From the sequence record OP413827.1: a DNA stretch of 24,000 bases. One strand, given 5' to 3'. This document shows, piece by piece, positions 1-7,122 of the stretch. The notes under the pieces were generated by a model. That model worked only from the letters and a program-made list of their open reading frames with translations, was not told the origin of the DNA and ran no database searches. The DNA comes from Klebsiella phage pKP-BM327-1.2. Made by a program: the position numbers and the translations under genes. Each line of letters begins with the position of its first letter. The stretch's first letter is position 1.

Positions 1-1215
1 TGCATCGACGTAGCCAACTACTACGGACTGGACAAGAAACTGTTCGAAGAACGTATTCAGTGGGTGTACGACAATATCAAGGATCTGGAAAGCAAGGTTC
101 AGGATGCTGAAACCCCTGAGCTGTACCACAAAGCTGTCATGACTTTACGTCGTGTACAGCGTGGGGAAGCTGTAGGCAACATCACCTATTGGGATGGCTG
201 CTGCTCTGGCATTCAGATTATGAGTGCCCTCACTGGCTGTGAGAAGGGTGCATACAACACTGGTTGTATTGACCCAGATAAACGTATGGATGCCTACAGC
301 AACACCACAGACGCCATGAATGGCGTTCTGAAGCGTAAAGGTCTGGATAGTATCCAAGTCCCTCGTAGCCATATCAAACAAGCTGTAATGACCTCTGGTT
401 ACGGTTCTAAGGCCGTGCCTAAGAAGGTATTCGGTGAGGGCGAGATGCTGGACTACTTCTACGAAGCAGCCCACATCATCGCTCCTGGTGCGTTCAACCT
501 CATGGATGAACTCCTGGGTTCCTGGCGTCCGTATGCTCTGGAACACGTTCTGGAGCTGCCTGATGGCTTCATTGCTAAGATGAAAGTCATGGAAACTCTG
601 GAAACCAGAATTGAAGTAGATGAGCTTGATCATGCTACTTTCACCATGGAATACAAAGAGAACCGGGGTACAGAGAAAGGCCGTGCTAACGTAGCCAATA
701 CCATTCACTGCTGTGATGCCTATCTGCTGCGTGAGCTGGAGCGTCTGTGCAACTATGATCCAGAGCTGGTGGCTGAAGTCCTGAAGATGCTGGAAGCTCG
801 TCTGTTGGCTAATAGCATGGGTATGCAGGCTGAAGAAGCTACTGGTGATATGGTACGTCGTATCCGCCTGTGGAACAAGAATAAGCAGTCTTCTATGGTT
901 ATTCTCAACGATATCAACTGGAGTAACTACATGCAGTTACCTATCGACTTAGCTCGTGATGTAATGCGTAAAGTTAACTTCATGCTGACTTACAAACCAT
1001 TCCCTGTGGCTACTGTCCATGATGCCTTTGGATCCCATCCAAACAACTGTAATGAAGTACGGTACTGGTACAAAGAAATGCTGGCAGAATTCGCTGATAG
1101 CACCATTCTGCAATCCCTGATGAACCAGCTGTACCAAACCACTGACGGTGTGTATACCAAGCTGTCTGAGAACCTGGGAGATAAGATCCGTGGATCAAAC
1201 TATGCACTTAGTTGA
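1..1215 (+). CDS. T7-like single-subunit RNA polymerase, C-terminal part (N4 RNAP2 large-subunit-like); 5' truncated by window
   Basis: Frame is open from base 1 (CIDVANYYGLDKKLFEERIQWV...) into the listed ORF; DGCCSGIQIMSAL resembles T7 RNAP DGSCSGIQ, and VHDAFGSHPNNC matches the HDSFG motif C region. Confidence 0.9.
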   Translation, partial: CIDVANYYGLDKKLFEERIQWVYDNIKDLESKVQDAETPELYHKAVMTLRRVQRGEAVGNITYWDGCCSGIQIMSALTGCEKGAYNTGCIDPDKRMDAYSNTTDAMNGVLKRKGLDSIQVPRSHIKQAVMTSGYGSKAVPKKVFGEGEMLDYFYEAAHIIAPGAFNLMDELLGSWRPYALEHVLELPDGFIAKMKVMETLETRIEVDELDHATFTMEYKENRGTEKGRANVANTIHCCDAYLLRELERLCNYDPELVAEVLKMLEARLLANSMGMQAEEATGDMVRRIRLWNKNKQSSMVILNDINWSNYMQLPIDLARDVMRKVNFMLTYKPFPVATVHDAFGSHPNNCNEVRYWYKEMLAEFADSTILQSLMNQLYQTTDGVYTKLSENLGDKIRGSNYALS

Positions 1216-1336
1216 GTTAACTAATGAAGAACTCAAGGAAATTTTAAATGCCCTTGAGGTCACAGCAAATGAAGGTCTTGAGTTAAGTTCAAGTATTTAT
1301 GACTTGATGAACAAACTACCTGATCCTTCTGATTAA
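1202..1336 (+). CDS. small hypothetical protein (MHLVELTNEELKEILNALE...)
   Basis: Overlaps the RNAP stop, continues in frame to TAA at 1334-1336, and is followed directly by a terminator. Internal ATG at 1202 chosen over the 1148 start. Confidence 0.55.
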   Translation: MHLVELTNEELKEILNALEVTANEGLELSSSIYDLMNKLPDPSD

Positions 1337-1343
1337 CCAAACA

Positions 1344-1371
1344 CCTACCCTTCGGGGTAGGTTTATTTTTT
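1344..1371 (+). terminator. rho-independent terminator
   Basis: CCTACCC-TTCG-GGGTAGG stem followed by TTTATTTTTT. Confidence 0.93.
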
Positions 1372-1381
1372 AAGGAATATT

Positions 1382-1603
1382 ATGGCTACTTACAACACTC
1401 CCAGTGCTCGGTATGTACCACTAGAATTGATTAAGTTAATCAAAACCAGAGCAGCTATTGGGCTTAAAGAGGCACGATTGGAAATTCACTATGATGATCC
1501 AATGAATCCTGCATTACCCCAAGGAGTGCCCCCAGGAACCCATTGTAGTGCCCACAGAAGCCTCAAAACCAACATGATCATATGGGAGGCAAAATGGCCG
1601 TAA
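1382..1603 (+). CDS. small hypothetical protein, tandem paralog 1 (LIKTRAAIGLKEARLEI motif)
   Basis: AAGGA just upstream of ATG 1382; shares a motif with the next two ORFs. Confidence 0.75.
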   Translation: MATYNTPSARYVPLELIKLIKTRAAIGLKEARLEIHYDDPMNPALPQGVPPGTHCSAHRSLKTNMIIWEAKWP

Positions 1604-1842
1604 CAGGGTATGTGTACCCACAAGTGGTAATACCAGTTGCTCTGTATAGACTGGTTAAAACCAGAAGTGCTGTAGGACTCACAGAGGCTGAAATAGTCTT
1701 ACCTGTTGGATGTGAGTTAGGATCCTACAATGAAGAGGATCTACCCGAAGAGTTTGCTACCTGGGAATCCTTCCCCAAAATTCAATTAATCGTGTCCGAA
1801 CCAGTGACATTTAAACAGTGGAATGCAATATGGAAACGATAA
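1594..1842 (+). CDS. small hypothetical protein, tandem paralog 2 (LVKTRSAVGLTEAEI motif)
   Basis: GGGAGG upstream of ATG 1594; overlaps the preceding stop; paralogous motif. Confidence 0.75.
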   Translation: MAVTGYVYPQVVIPVALYRLVKTRSAVGLTEAEIVLPVGCELGSYNEEDLPEEFATWESFPKIQLIVSEPVTFKQWNAIWKR

Positions 1843-2237
1843 AGTACGTGGTGCCTAGAGGCACTGTTAACAGAATCAAAACAGCTAATGCCATAGGCAT
1901 ACAAGAACTGGAACTAAAGCCAGTTATCTTCATTGCAGCACGAGAGGGGCAATTTGAAGTCATTCATAAAAATTCCATCCCAGGAATTGAACTGGACTTA
2001 GAGTCTGCTCCATTAGGTTGGATCTACTGGAAACCAGGCAATGAAGAACAACCTGGGTACACTCCTATGAAAGATTTTCAACGCAAGATGATAGAGGAAG
2101 TGCTTAGAAGACAGGAAATAAACAACCCTAAACAATTTATTGCTGATCGGTCTATTCAGGAACCTAAAAGTACATCTGATATAACTGATGCTTTTAACTT
2201 CTTCAATAAAATATACAGCGAAAATACTAAGCTTTGA
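1830..2237 (+). CDS. hypothetical protein, tandem paralog 3 (RIKTANAIGIQELEL motif) with C-terminal extension
   Basis: Overlaps preceding ORF; in-frame ATG 1830 preferred over GTG 1818; TGA at 2235-2237. Confidence 0.75.
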   Translation: METIKYVVPRGTVNRIKTANAIGIQELELKPVIFIAAREGQFEVIHKNSIPGIELDLESAPLGWIYWKPGNEEQPGYTPMKDFQRKMIEEVLRRQEINNPKQFIADRSIQEPKSTSDITDAFNFFNKIYSENTKL

Positions 2238-2252
2238 TGCCCTCCGGGCATC
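2236..2252 (+). promoter_or_regulatory. hairpin element A: GATGCCC-TCC-GGGCATC (bottom-strand loop GGA); candidate vRNAP-like promoter or weak terminator
   Basis: Perfect 7-bp stem with 3-nt loop, only TTT downstream. Confidence 0.4.
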
Positions 2253-2288
2253 TTTGCGAGTGTTTCCGTCAACGGTAAAGAGGATCCT

Positions 2289-2573
2289 ATGAACGCACCT
2301 GAAGCAGCGGATTTCATTAATAAATTCCCTGGTTTTACAGCTGAAGTGCCTACTCAAGGCCATGTAGCAGTTAAATCAGTATTCTGGGCTGGTAAGCTCA
2401 TGTACTACCCAACCAAAGGCACAGTCGATGCCAGTGGTGTTCAAGCTCTGACTGATGTCTCAAAAGGTATTGAGTTTCTCAAAGAACAGAAAGGTGGGGT
2501 AGGTACAGCACATATCATCTTGTGTGGTGTTACTGCTGACAACTTCCACAAGTACCTGTTGAAGTGGGCTTAA
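2289..2573 (+). CDS. hypothetical protein
   Basis: 94-aa ORF with upstream AAAGAGG; lies between two structured gaps. Confidence 0.75.
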   Translation: MNAPEAADFINKFPGFTAEVPTQGHVAVKSVFWAGKLMYYPTKGTVDASGVQALTDVSKGIEFLKEQKGGVGTAHIILCGVTADNFHKYLLKWA

Positions 2574-2579
2574 GCCTTT

Positions 2580-2594
2580 GTGACCTCCGGTCAC
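2580..2594 (+). promoter_or_regulatory. hairpin element B: GTGACC-TCC-GGTCAC (bottom-strand loop GGA); candidate vRNAP-like promoter
   Basis: Perfect 6-bp stem with 3-nt loop and no T-tract; aligned downstream sequence with element A. Confidence 0.4.
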
Positions 2595-2599
2595 TTCTG

Positions 2600-2615
2600 T
2601 GAGTCGCTCGACTCA
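2600..2615. repeat. inverted repeat TGAGTCG-CT-CGACTCA
   Basis: Perfect 7-bp arms read directly, 5 nt after element B. Confidence 0.8.
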
Positions 2616-2711
2616 TTACCATCACTTAATTCTTATCTATGCCTTTGGCAGGGGAGCTAGTCTCCCCACATTTTCATTGGATTACAGTGCTTTGTATCTT
2701 TACAAACCAGT

Positions 2712-2734
2712 GTGATTCACATAGTGTTAATCAC
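2712..2734. repeat. inverted repeat GTGATTCAC-ATA-GTG(TT)AATCAC
   Basis: 9-bp stem with 2-nt bulge, shortly before the RBS of the 2751 ORF. Confidence 0.6.
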
Positions 2735-2750
2735 CTAGACAGGAGGAACT

Positions 2751-2906
2751 ATGAAGCAATTCATGTGGTTTATCTTGTCGCTACTGTTTCTGTACCGCCT
2801 TGTATCAGAGACAGTCCCAATAAAAGGTTTATCCCGCCCAATGTTGGCGATCCGGCCTGTGAGTCTGAAGACTCGACAAGCACACGTTCGAGGGATGTGT
2901 AGATAG
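2751..2906 (+). CDS. 51-aa predicted membrane or secreted peptide MKQFMWFILSLLFLYRLVSETVPIKGLSRPMLAIRPVSLKTRQAHVRGMCR
   Basis: AGGAGG 5 nt upstream of ATG; hydrophobic N-terminus; TAG at 2904-2906; absent from the supplied ORF track. Confidence 0.6.
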   Translation: MKQFMWFILSLLFLYRLVSETVPIKGLSRPMLAIRPVSLKTRQAHVRGMCR

Positions 2907-2931
2907 CGACAAAACAAGGCATACTCGAAAT

Positions 2932-2957
2932 AGCCCACTCAATGTAGTGGGCTTTTT
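2932..2957 (+). terminator. rho-independent terminator
   Basis: AGCCCACT / AGTGGGCT stem followed by TTTT. Confidence 0.9.
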
Positions 2958-2987
2958 CATATCTTAAGATCAGTAGTTCAGAGTGTT

Positions 2988-3013
2988 CTAGTAGTACTTC
3001 TTAGTACTACTAG
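2988..3013. repeat. inverted repeat CTAGTAGTAC-TTCTTA-GTACTACTAG
   Basis: Perfect 10-bp arms with 6-nt spacer, outside any supported CDS. Confidence 0.85.
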
Positions 3014-3124
3014 TACGCTTTCAACCTGTATTATAAATTTACCGAAAATCCCCATTTTGACTAAAGTAAACTATAGGCTAACGGGGTTTAAGACAGTCTT
3101 AACCTATGTCCTAAAGAGGCTCTT

Positions 3125-3373
3125 ATGATCTATGTATTAATTGCTTTAGCCATTTGCTGCATCAACTTTATCTGGTGGACACACCTGGTAAGGATCTCTA
3201 AAGCTGAACTGGAAAAAGCTGAGTATGAGTATGAAGCTACCCAGACAGTTAAAGCACACTTACGCCTCTGTGGTTATGAGGCAAAACTTCACCGTCAACA
3301 AATGTGGCAAGGGTTCTGGGGAATCACAGCATTCATCTGCGCCCTTGTCTGGAGCTGTATGTACCATGGATAA
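3125..3373 (+). CDS. small membrane protein, two predicted TM segments
   Basis: AAAGAGG upstream; IYVLIALAICCINFIWW and FWGITAFICALVWSCM hydrophobic segments. Confidence 0.75.
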   Translation: MIYVLIALAICCINFIWWTHLVRISKAELEKAEYEYEATQTVKAHLRLCGYEAKLHRQQMWQGFWGITAFICALVWSCMYHG

Positions 3374-3521
3374 AAATGAAATCAACAAAACGATGAAAGA
3401 CTTCGACGAAGCTATCGATAAAGCGGAAGCTGAGGTAGCTCGTCTGCAAGAACTTCGTCGTGAGTTCATCAACCAATACAACCTGAATAAGGAAACCAGT
3501 GATGATCTCTGTACTAATTAA
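3366..3521 (+). CDS. small predicted coiled-coil protein (MDKNEINKTMKDFDEAIDKAEAEVARLQELRR...)
   Basis: Internal ATG overlapping the previous stop; charged helical composition. Confidence 0.65.
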   Translation: MDKNEINKTMKDFDEAIDKAEAEVARLQELRREFINQYNLNKETSDDLCTN

Positions 3522-3645
3522 TGGTGCTTCAATCTTCATTAGCTACTTGGTATTCACCTTCTTGCACTGGGAAGTACCCTATGTTGTAGGGCTTCAAAGT
3601 GCAATGTCATACATGATAGGGTTATTTACATTCCCTAAATTATAA
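3502..3645 (+). CDS. 47-aa predicted membrane protein MISVLINGASIFISYLVFTFLHWEVPYVVGLQSAMSYMIGLFTFPKL
   Basis: AAGGAAACCAGTG upstream of ATG, nearly the same leader as the next gene (AAGGAAACCAGTA); overlaps previous CDS; not in the supplied track. Confidence 0.65.
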   Translation: MISVLINGASIFISYLVFTFLHWEVPYVVGLQSAMSYMIGLFTFPKL

Positions 3646-3656
3646 GGAAACCAGTA

Positions 3657-4319
3657 ATGAAGACATGGTGGATCAATCGTGATCCTGAAACCCATGCCTA
3701 TCTTCCTGAGTGCCGATCCATAAGCCAGAGTAATTCCTATACCAAACATGAACCCGGGTTCAGAGGAACACCTCGGCTCATAGAGACTAATAAAAGCGCT
3801 AAACACGCATTAACTCTATGGCGACAAGGTAAATGGGGCATGCACTGGGAAGATGGTATTGATATATCTCAATCAACTCCCCATCGTGAAAACCTTCCAA
3901 TGGAGACAGTCGAAGTGACTATTCAACGCTGCCTTGAAGGCAAACCAATGGTATTCGTATTCGGATCCAATGAAGCAGGTATCCATGGTGCTGGTGCTGC
4001 TAAAACAGCCCTACAGCTATATGGTGCTGTACTAGGTAAAGGTCATGGTCACTATGGCAACAGCTATGCTCTGCCTACTAAGTCTCCTGGCTTGCGTACC
4101 CTGCGTGGTCAGGTCATCCATGAATACGTGGACACCTTTCTGGCTTATGCCAGAGATCATGGTGAACTGAACTTCATGGTCACTCGTGTGGGATGTGGTC
4201 TTGCTGGCTTAAAAGACAGCGATATTGCTCCTATGTTCAAAAATGCCCCAGACAATTGCTATTTCGATAAGGTCTGGGAACAGTATTTAATCAACCCTAA
4301 AGTTTGGGGGACTTTTTGA
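3657..4319 (+). CDS. two-part protein: unknown N-terminal region plus A1S_2505-like/macrodomain-like phage domain
   Basis: FVFGSNEAGIHGAGAAKTALQLYGAVLGKGHGHYGNSYALPTKSPGL...VTRVGCGLAGLKDSDIAPMF matches the recalled signature of this family. Confidence 0.75.
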   Translation: MKTWWINRDPETHAYLPECRSISQSNSYTKHEPGFRGTPRLIETNKSAKHALTLWRQGKWGMHWEDGIDISQSTPHRENLPMETVEVTIQRCLEGKPMVFVFGSNEAGIHGAGAAKTALQLYGAVLGKGHGHYGNSYALPTKSPGLRTLRGQVIHEYVDTFLAYARDHGELNFMVTRVGCGLAGLKDSDIAPMFKNAPDNCYFDKVWEQYLINPKVWGTF

Positions 4320-4510
4320 AAAAGTCAGATATTGCTCTGATGAAGAAGCTACTCACTACTTACAAAAATGAACTCCTTCAAAAGGCTTGTGAGTTCAGTC
4401 CTCCCAGTAATGGGTTAGTCTATTTGTCTAATAAAATAAAAGATGCAGTACTCGACATTAATGATGCTGAGTGCTTATTGAAAAAGTTAAAAAATAAGGA
4501 ATCCAAATGA
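4304..4510 (+). CDS. small hypothetical protein
   Basis: Overlaps both neighbouring genes in a tightly packed operon. Confidence 0.65.
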   Translation: MGDFLKKSDIALMKKLLTTYKNELLQKACEFSPPSNGLVYLSNKIKDAVLDINDAECLLKKLKNKESK

Positions 4511-5049
4511 CAGCTATCAATTCTGCTGCACTTATGGCTATGGCTCGTGAAGGCTACTGTATGCACCAGATCTCTACAGTATCCGGGGTTAAACTGGAAA
4601 CTGTACGGGGCATTCTCCGTGCTGCAAACCAGAATGGTGAATTTGATGCTGCCTTGCATCTGTCACCTACTAAACGCCAGTTGTCCCATAACCCTGCAAT
4701 TCTGGCTTCCCGTGCCTATATGTACCCTCAAGTACCTCCTATGGACTATGGCAAGCTGGAAGAACGTATCCATGCTCTAATGGCCTCTGGTGAAAATGTC
4801 TGGGGTAACCCAGAAGTTAAACCAGCAAAGCCTAAGCTGACTCCTACGGAGTATCTGAAAGTAGCTCAGGATACTGCTGCCATTCTGGCTGCTAAAAAAT
4901 CACTGGAAAAGGCTAAAGAAGTAGTCGATTCCATCAACCCATTAACCTACGTCCAACACCTGGAAGATGAAGATCTGATGTATCTGCTTCAGGTGGGGAT
5001 GAACGAACTGCAAAAACGCTATTATGGAAAAGATGAAGCCAGTAGTTAA
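4507..5049 (+). CDS. hypothetical protein with HTH-like N-terminus (MAMAREGYCMHQISTVSGVKLETVRGILRAAN)
   Basis: AAGGAATCC before ATG 4507; ATGA overlap with the upstream gene. Confidence 0.8.
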   Translation: MTAINSAALMAMAREGYCMHQISTVSGVKLETVRGILRAANQNGEFDAALHLSPTKRQLSHNPAILASRAYMYPQVPPMDYGKLEERIHALMASGENVWGNPEVKPAKPKLTPTEYLKVAQDTAAILAAKKSLEKAKEVVDSINPLTYVQHLEDEDLMYLLQVGMNELQKRYYGKDEASS

Positions 5050-5221
5050 TAGCCTCTACCCTACAGCCGACAGTCTGGACGATGCAATGAATCGTGCTAA
5101 AGCCAGTCTGTATGGCTGCTCCCCTAACGAAGTACATGCTGCTGTCATGTGCTACCACAATACCCTGATCAAAGAGATGCTCAATGCTCGACAAGATACT
5201 GGAGGAACTTCCCAACCGTAG
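5033..5221 (+). CDS. small hypothetical protein
   Basis: Overlaps upstream stop; ATG 5033 (MKPVVNSLYPTADSL...). Confidence 0.6.
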   Translation: MKPVVNSLYPTADSLDDAMNRAKASLYGCSPNEVHAAVMCYHNTLIKEMLNARQDTGGTSQP

Positions 5222-5549
5222 GGAAGAAGTACTCCAACGTATATTCGAACGAGTAGATATCAAAGATCTTGGCTTTAAACTTGAAGGCTTACCAAGCCCT
5301 TGCTTCATATGGACTGGCCCTGATTCAGGGACTGGACGTGGTGGAGGCTATGGACGTATGAGTCTCAATAGCCAGACTGTAGCTACTCACCTCGTTGTAT
5401 ATACCCACTTCTACGGCTATATCCCATCCAAGAAGCAGATAGACCATAAGTGTCGTAATCGCTTGTGCTGTAACCCAGCACACCTGGAAATGGTAAGCCA
5501 GAAAGAAAACTGTAAGCGTCGTGATAAAGCTTTAAAGGAGACTTCATGA
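5184..5549 (+). CDS. HNH endonuclease
   Basis: IDHKCRNRLCCNPAHLEMVSQKENCKRR is the classic HNH_3-type signature. Confidence 0.88.
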   Translation: MLDKILEELPNRREEVLQRIFERVDIKDLGFKLEGLPSPCFIWTGPDSGTGRGGGYGRMSLNSQTVATHLVVYTHFYGYIPSKKQIDHKCRNRLCCNPAHLEMVSQKENCKRRDKALKETS

Positions 5550-5872
5550 CAGACGAAGATTATGACGAGCAGTTTAAACGTGAAGTCCTACCTGAATGGG
5601 CTGAACGTTATGATCCGTCCGGGACTCTGGAATTACACCGTCAGCTTTGCACAAAAGATGGTCGTCGGTTAGGTAATGCTTTCATTACCAAAATCGGAAC
5701 CACAATGAGCATTGCCGACTTTAAACCAGAACCCTGTTACACGGTACTGACTGATGCAGGCTCTCAAGTACGAATGATCGAAAGTGAAATTCATGAGTAT
5801 TTCTATATTGGGGAATATATCTCCAAAGCCTATACAATCCCTGGTTTAAGGAACCGTAAATTAAATGAATAA
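5546..5872 (+). CDS. hypothetical protein
   Basis: RBS AAAGGAG and ATGA-type overlap with the HNH gene. Confidence 0.75.
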   Translation: MTDEDYDEQFKREVLPEWAERYDPSGTLELHRQLCTKDGRRLGNAFITKIGTTMSIADFKPEPCYTVLTDAGSQVRMIESEIHEYFYIGEYISKAYTIPGLRNRKLNE

Positions 5873-6119
5873 ATATCTGAAATTTTCCCTTTATGGGATA
5901 GGCATCCTACTCTTGGCTGGATGCACTGATGCTGAACAGGCTGCTCTGCTCTCTTATGGCAGCAAGACCAAAGTAGAGTGCTGGTCAGGTGGTCAGAAAA
6001 TCTTCGACGACGAATCGACTGGTAAAGTTACCATCGATCAGTCTGGTATTTACTACAAGTCAGTTAAAACTGGCAATCTGGTACATACCTATGCTGACTG
6101 TATTATCAGTCAAGAGTAA
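5865..6119 (+). CDS. small phage lipoprotein
   Basis: MNKYLKFSLYGIGILLLAGC: signal peptide ending in a lipobox. Confidence 0.8.
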   Translation: MNKYLKFSLYGIGILLLAGCTDAEQAALLSYGSKTKVECWSGGQKIFDDESTGKVTIDQSGIYYKSVKTGNLVHTYADCIISQE

Positions 6120-6125
6120 CTCCCT

Positions 6126-6152
6126 AAACCTGGTTTCATATAAGCCAGGTTT
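6126..6152. repeat. hairpin AAACCTGGTTT-CATAT-AAGCCAGGTTT
   Basis: 11-bp stem including one wobble pair, 5-nt loop, no clear T-tract. Confidence 0.6.
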
Positions 6153-6188
6153 GTGAATGTCACTCATAAACTTATTAAGGAATTAATC

Positions 6189-6872
6189 ATGTCCCATAAC
6201 GACAAGCGTACTCCCCATACCGATGCTCTGGAAACTCTGGGCATGATCCACCAGCACGATGAAAAACGTGATGCTATCCATCTGGGTGTTGAACCAGTAA
6301 TAGCAGCAAGTGCTGGCCTATACCCAGGTCAGCGTATTGGCATTATTGATGGTCATGCATATGCCACTGGTATTGAATGGGATGGTAAAATTGTACCGTA
6401 TCACGGTATTGTTGACCCGTTCCTTCCTAAAGGCCCAATACCAGGGGAAGCGTTTTGGTTCGTCATGGCCCCACGTATGATCACTTCCCTTCGTCACGTC
6501 TGGGAACATCCTGATTTCCCTGACTCTCGTGAAACCAGTCATGCAGTAGCAGTATCCAAAGCATGGGACGATCTCAGTGATGCTGAACGTAAAACCCATG
6601 TATCTATTGGCACTGAACTGGGTAAAGCGTGGGAGTTCATGGAAAACTATGCTGAAGAACTCTCAGACTATGCGGGTGACATAACTGCTGAACAACTTTT
6701 TGATCAGGGGTTAGAAGCTATTGAGGATCCTAACGGATATAACTATCTGGTAGGTGGTTCATCTATGGAAGGTGAACGCCCCTCTGCTGAATTCTGGGAA
6801 GCAATGTCTGTATTGCTTAATCGTGATCTCACTGACGTTGAGAAACCAAACTTCTTCTCTTGCTCCTGCTAA
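6189..6872 (+). CDS. conserved-looking phage hypothetical protein
   Basis: TTAAGGAATTAATC before ATG 6189, preferred over the 6153 start. Confidence 0.8.
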   Translation: MSHNDKRTPHTDALETLGMIHQHDEKRDAIHLGVEPVIAASAGLYPGQRIGIIDGHAYATGIEWDGKIVPYHGIVDPFLPKGPIPGEAFWFVMAPRMITSLRHVWEHPDFPDSRETSHAVAVSKAWDDLSDAERKTHVSIGTELGKAWEFMENYAEELSDYAGDITAEQLFDQGLEAIEDPNGYNYLVGGSSMEGERPSAEFWEAMSVLLNRDLTDVEKPNFFSCSC

Positions 6873-6881
6873 GGAATTCAC

Positions 6882-7121
6882 ATGTTCGATGTTGCATTAG
6901 CAATCGGTGTTACTACCGATACTACCCCAGAAATTACTGTTCAAGTGATCCTTGATGGTGTGCCCATCATGGATCCTCAAGTCATTACTGCTCAGGTAAT
7001 GTCTGCTGTATCAAACAAGATCCTTGCCCAAGGTGGTAAGGGTATTGGTTACATGATCAATCAAGACGGTAGCTTAGGCGACCGTATTAAATTCACCGCA
7101 TCTAAAGTAGAGACTATCTAA
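6882..7121 (+). CDS. small hypothetical protein
   Basis: AAGGAA RBS; ends immediately before the ATPase gene. Confidence 0.75.
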   Translation: MFDVALAIGVTTDTTPEITVQVILDGVPIMDPQVITAQVMSAVSNKILAQGGKGIGYMINQDGSLGDRIKFTASKVETI

Positions 7122-7122
7122 C

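Noticed and set aside
145-708. 187-aa antisense ORF on - strand
   Set aside because: Lies opposite the well-supported RNA polymerase gene; its frame is best explained by complementary codon structure, and no RBS or family signature was seen.
2639-2902. 87-aa + strand ORF
   Set aside because: Runs through several hairpins and overlaps the 2751-2906 ORF, which has the much better ribosome-binding site; composition not protein-like.
3057-3077. TTGACTAAAGTAAACTATAGG looks like a T7-type or sigma70-type promoter core
   Set aside because: Only CTATAGG matches the T7 promoter core and the -35/-10 spacing is wrong for sigma70; a single occurrence is not enough to call.
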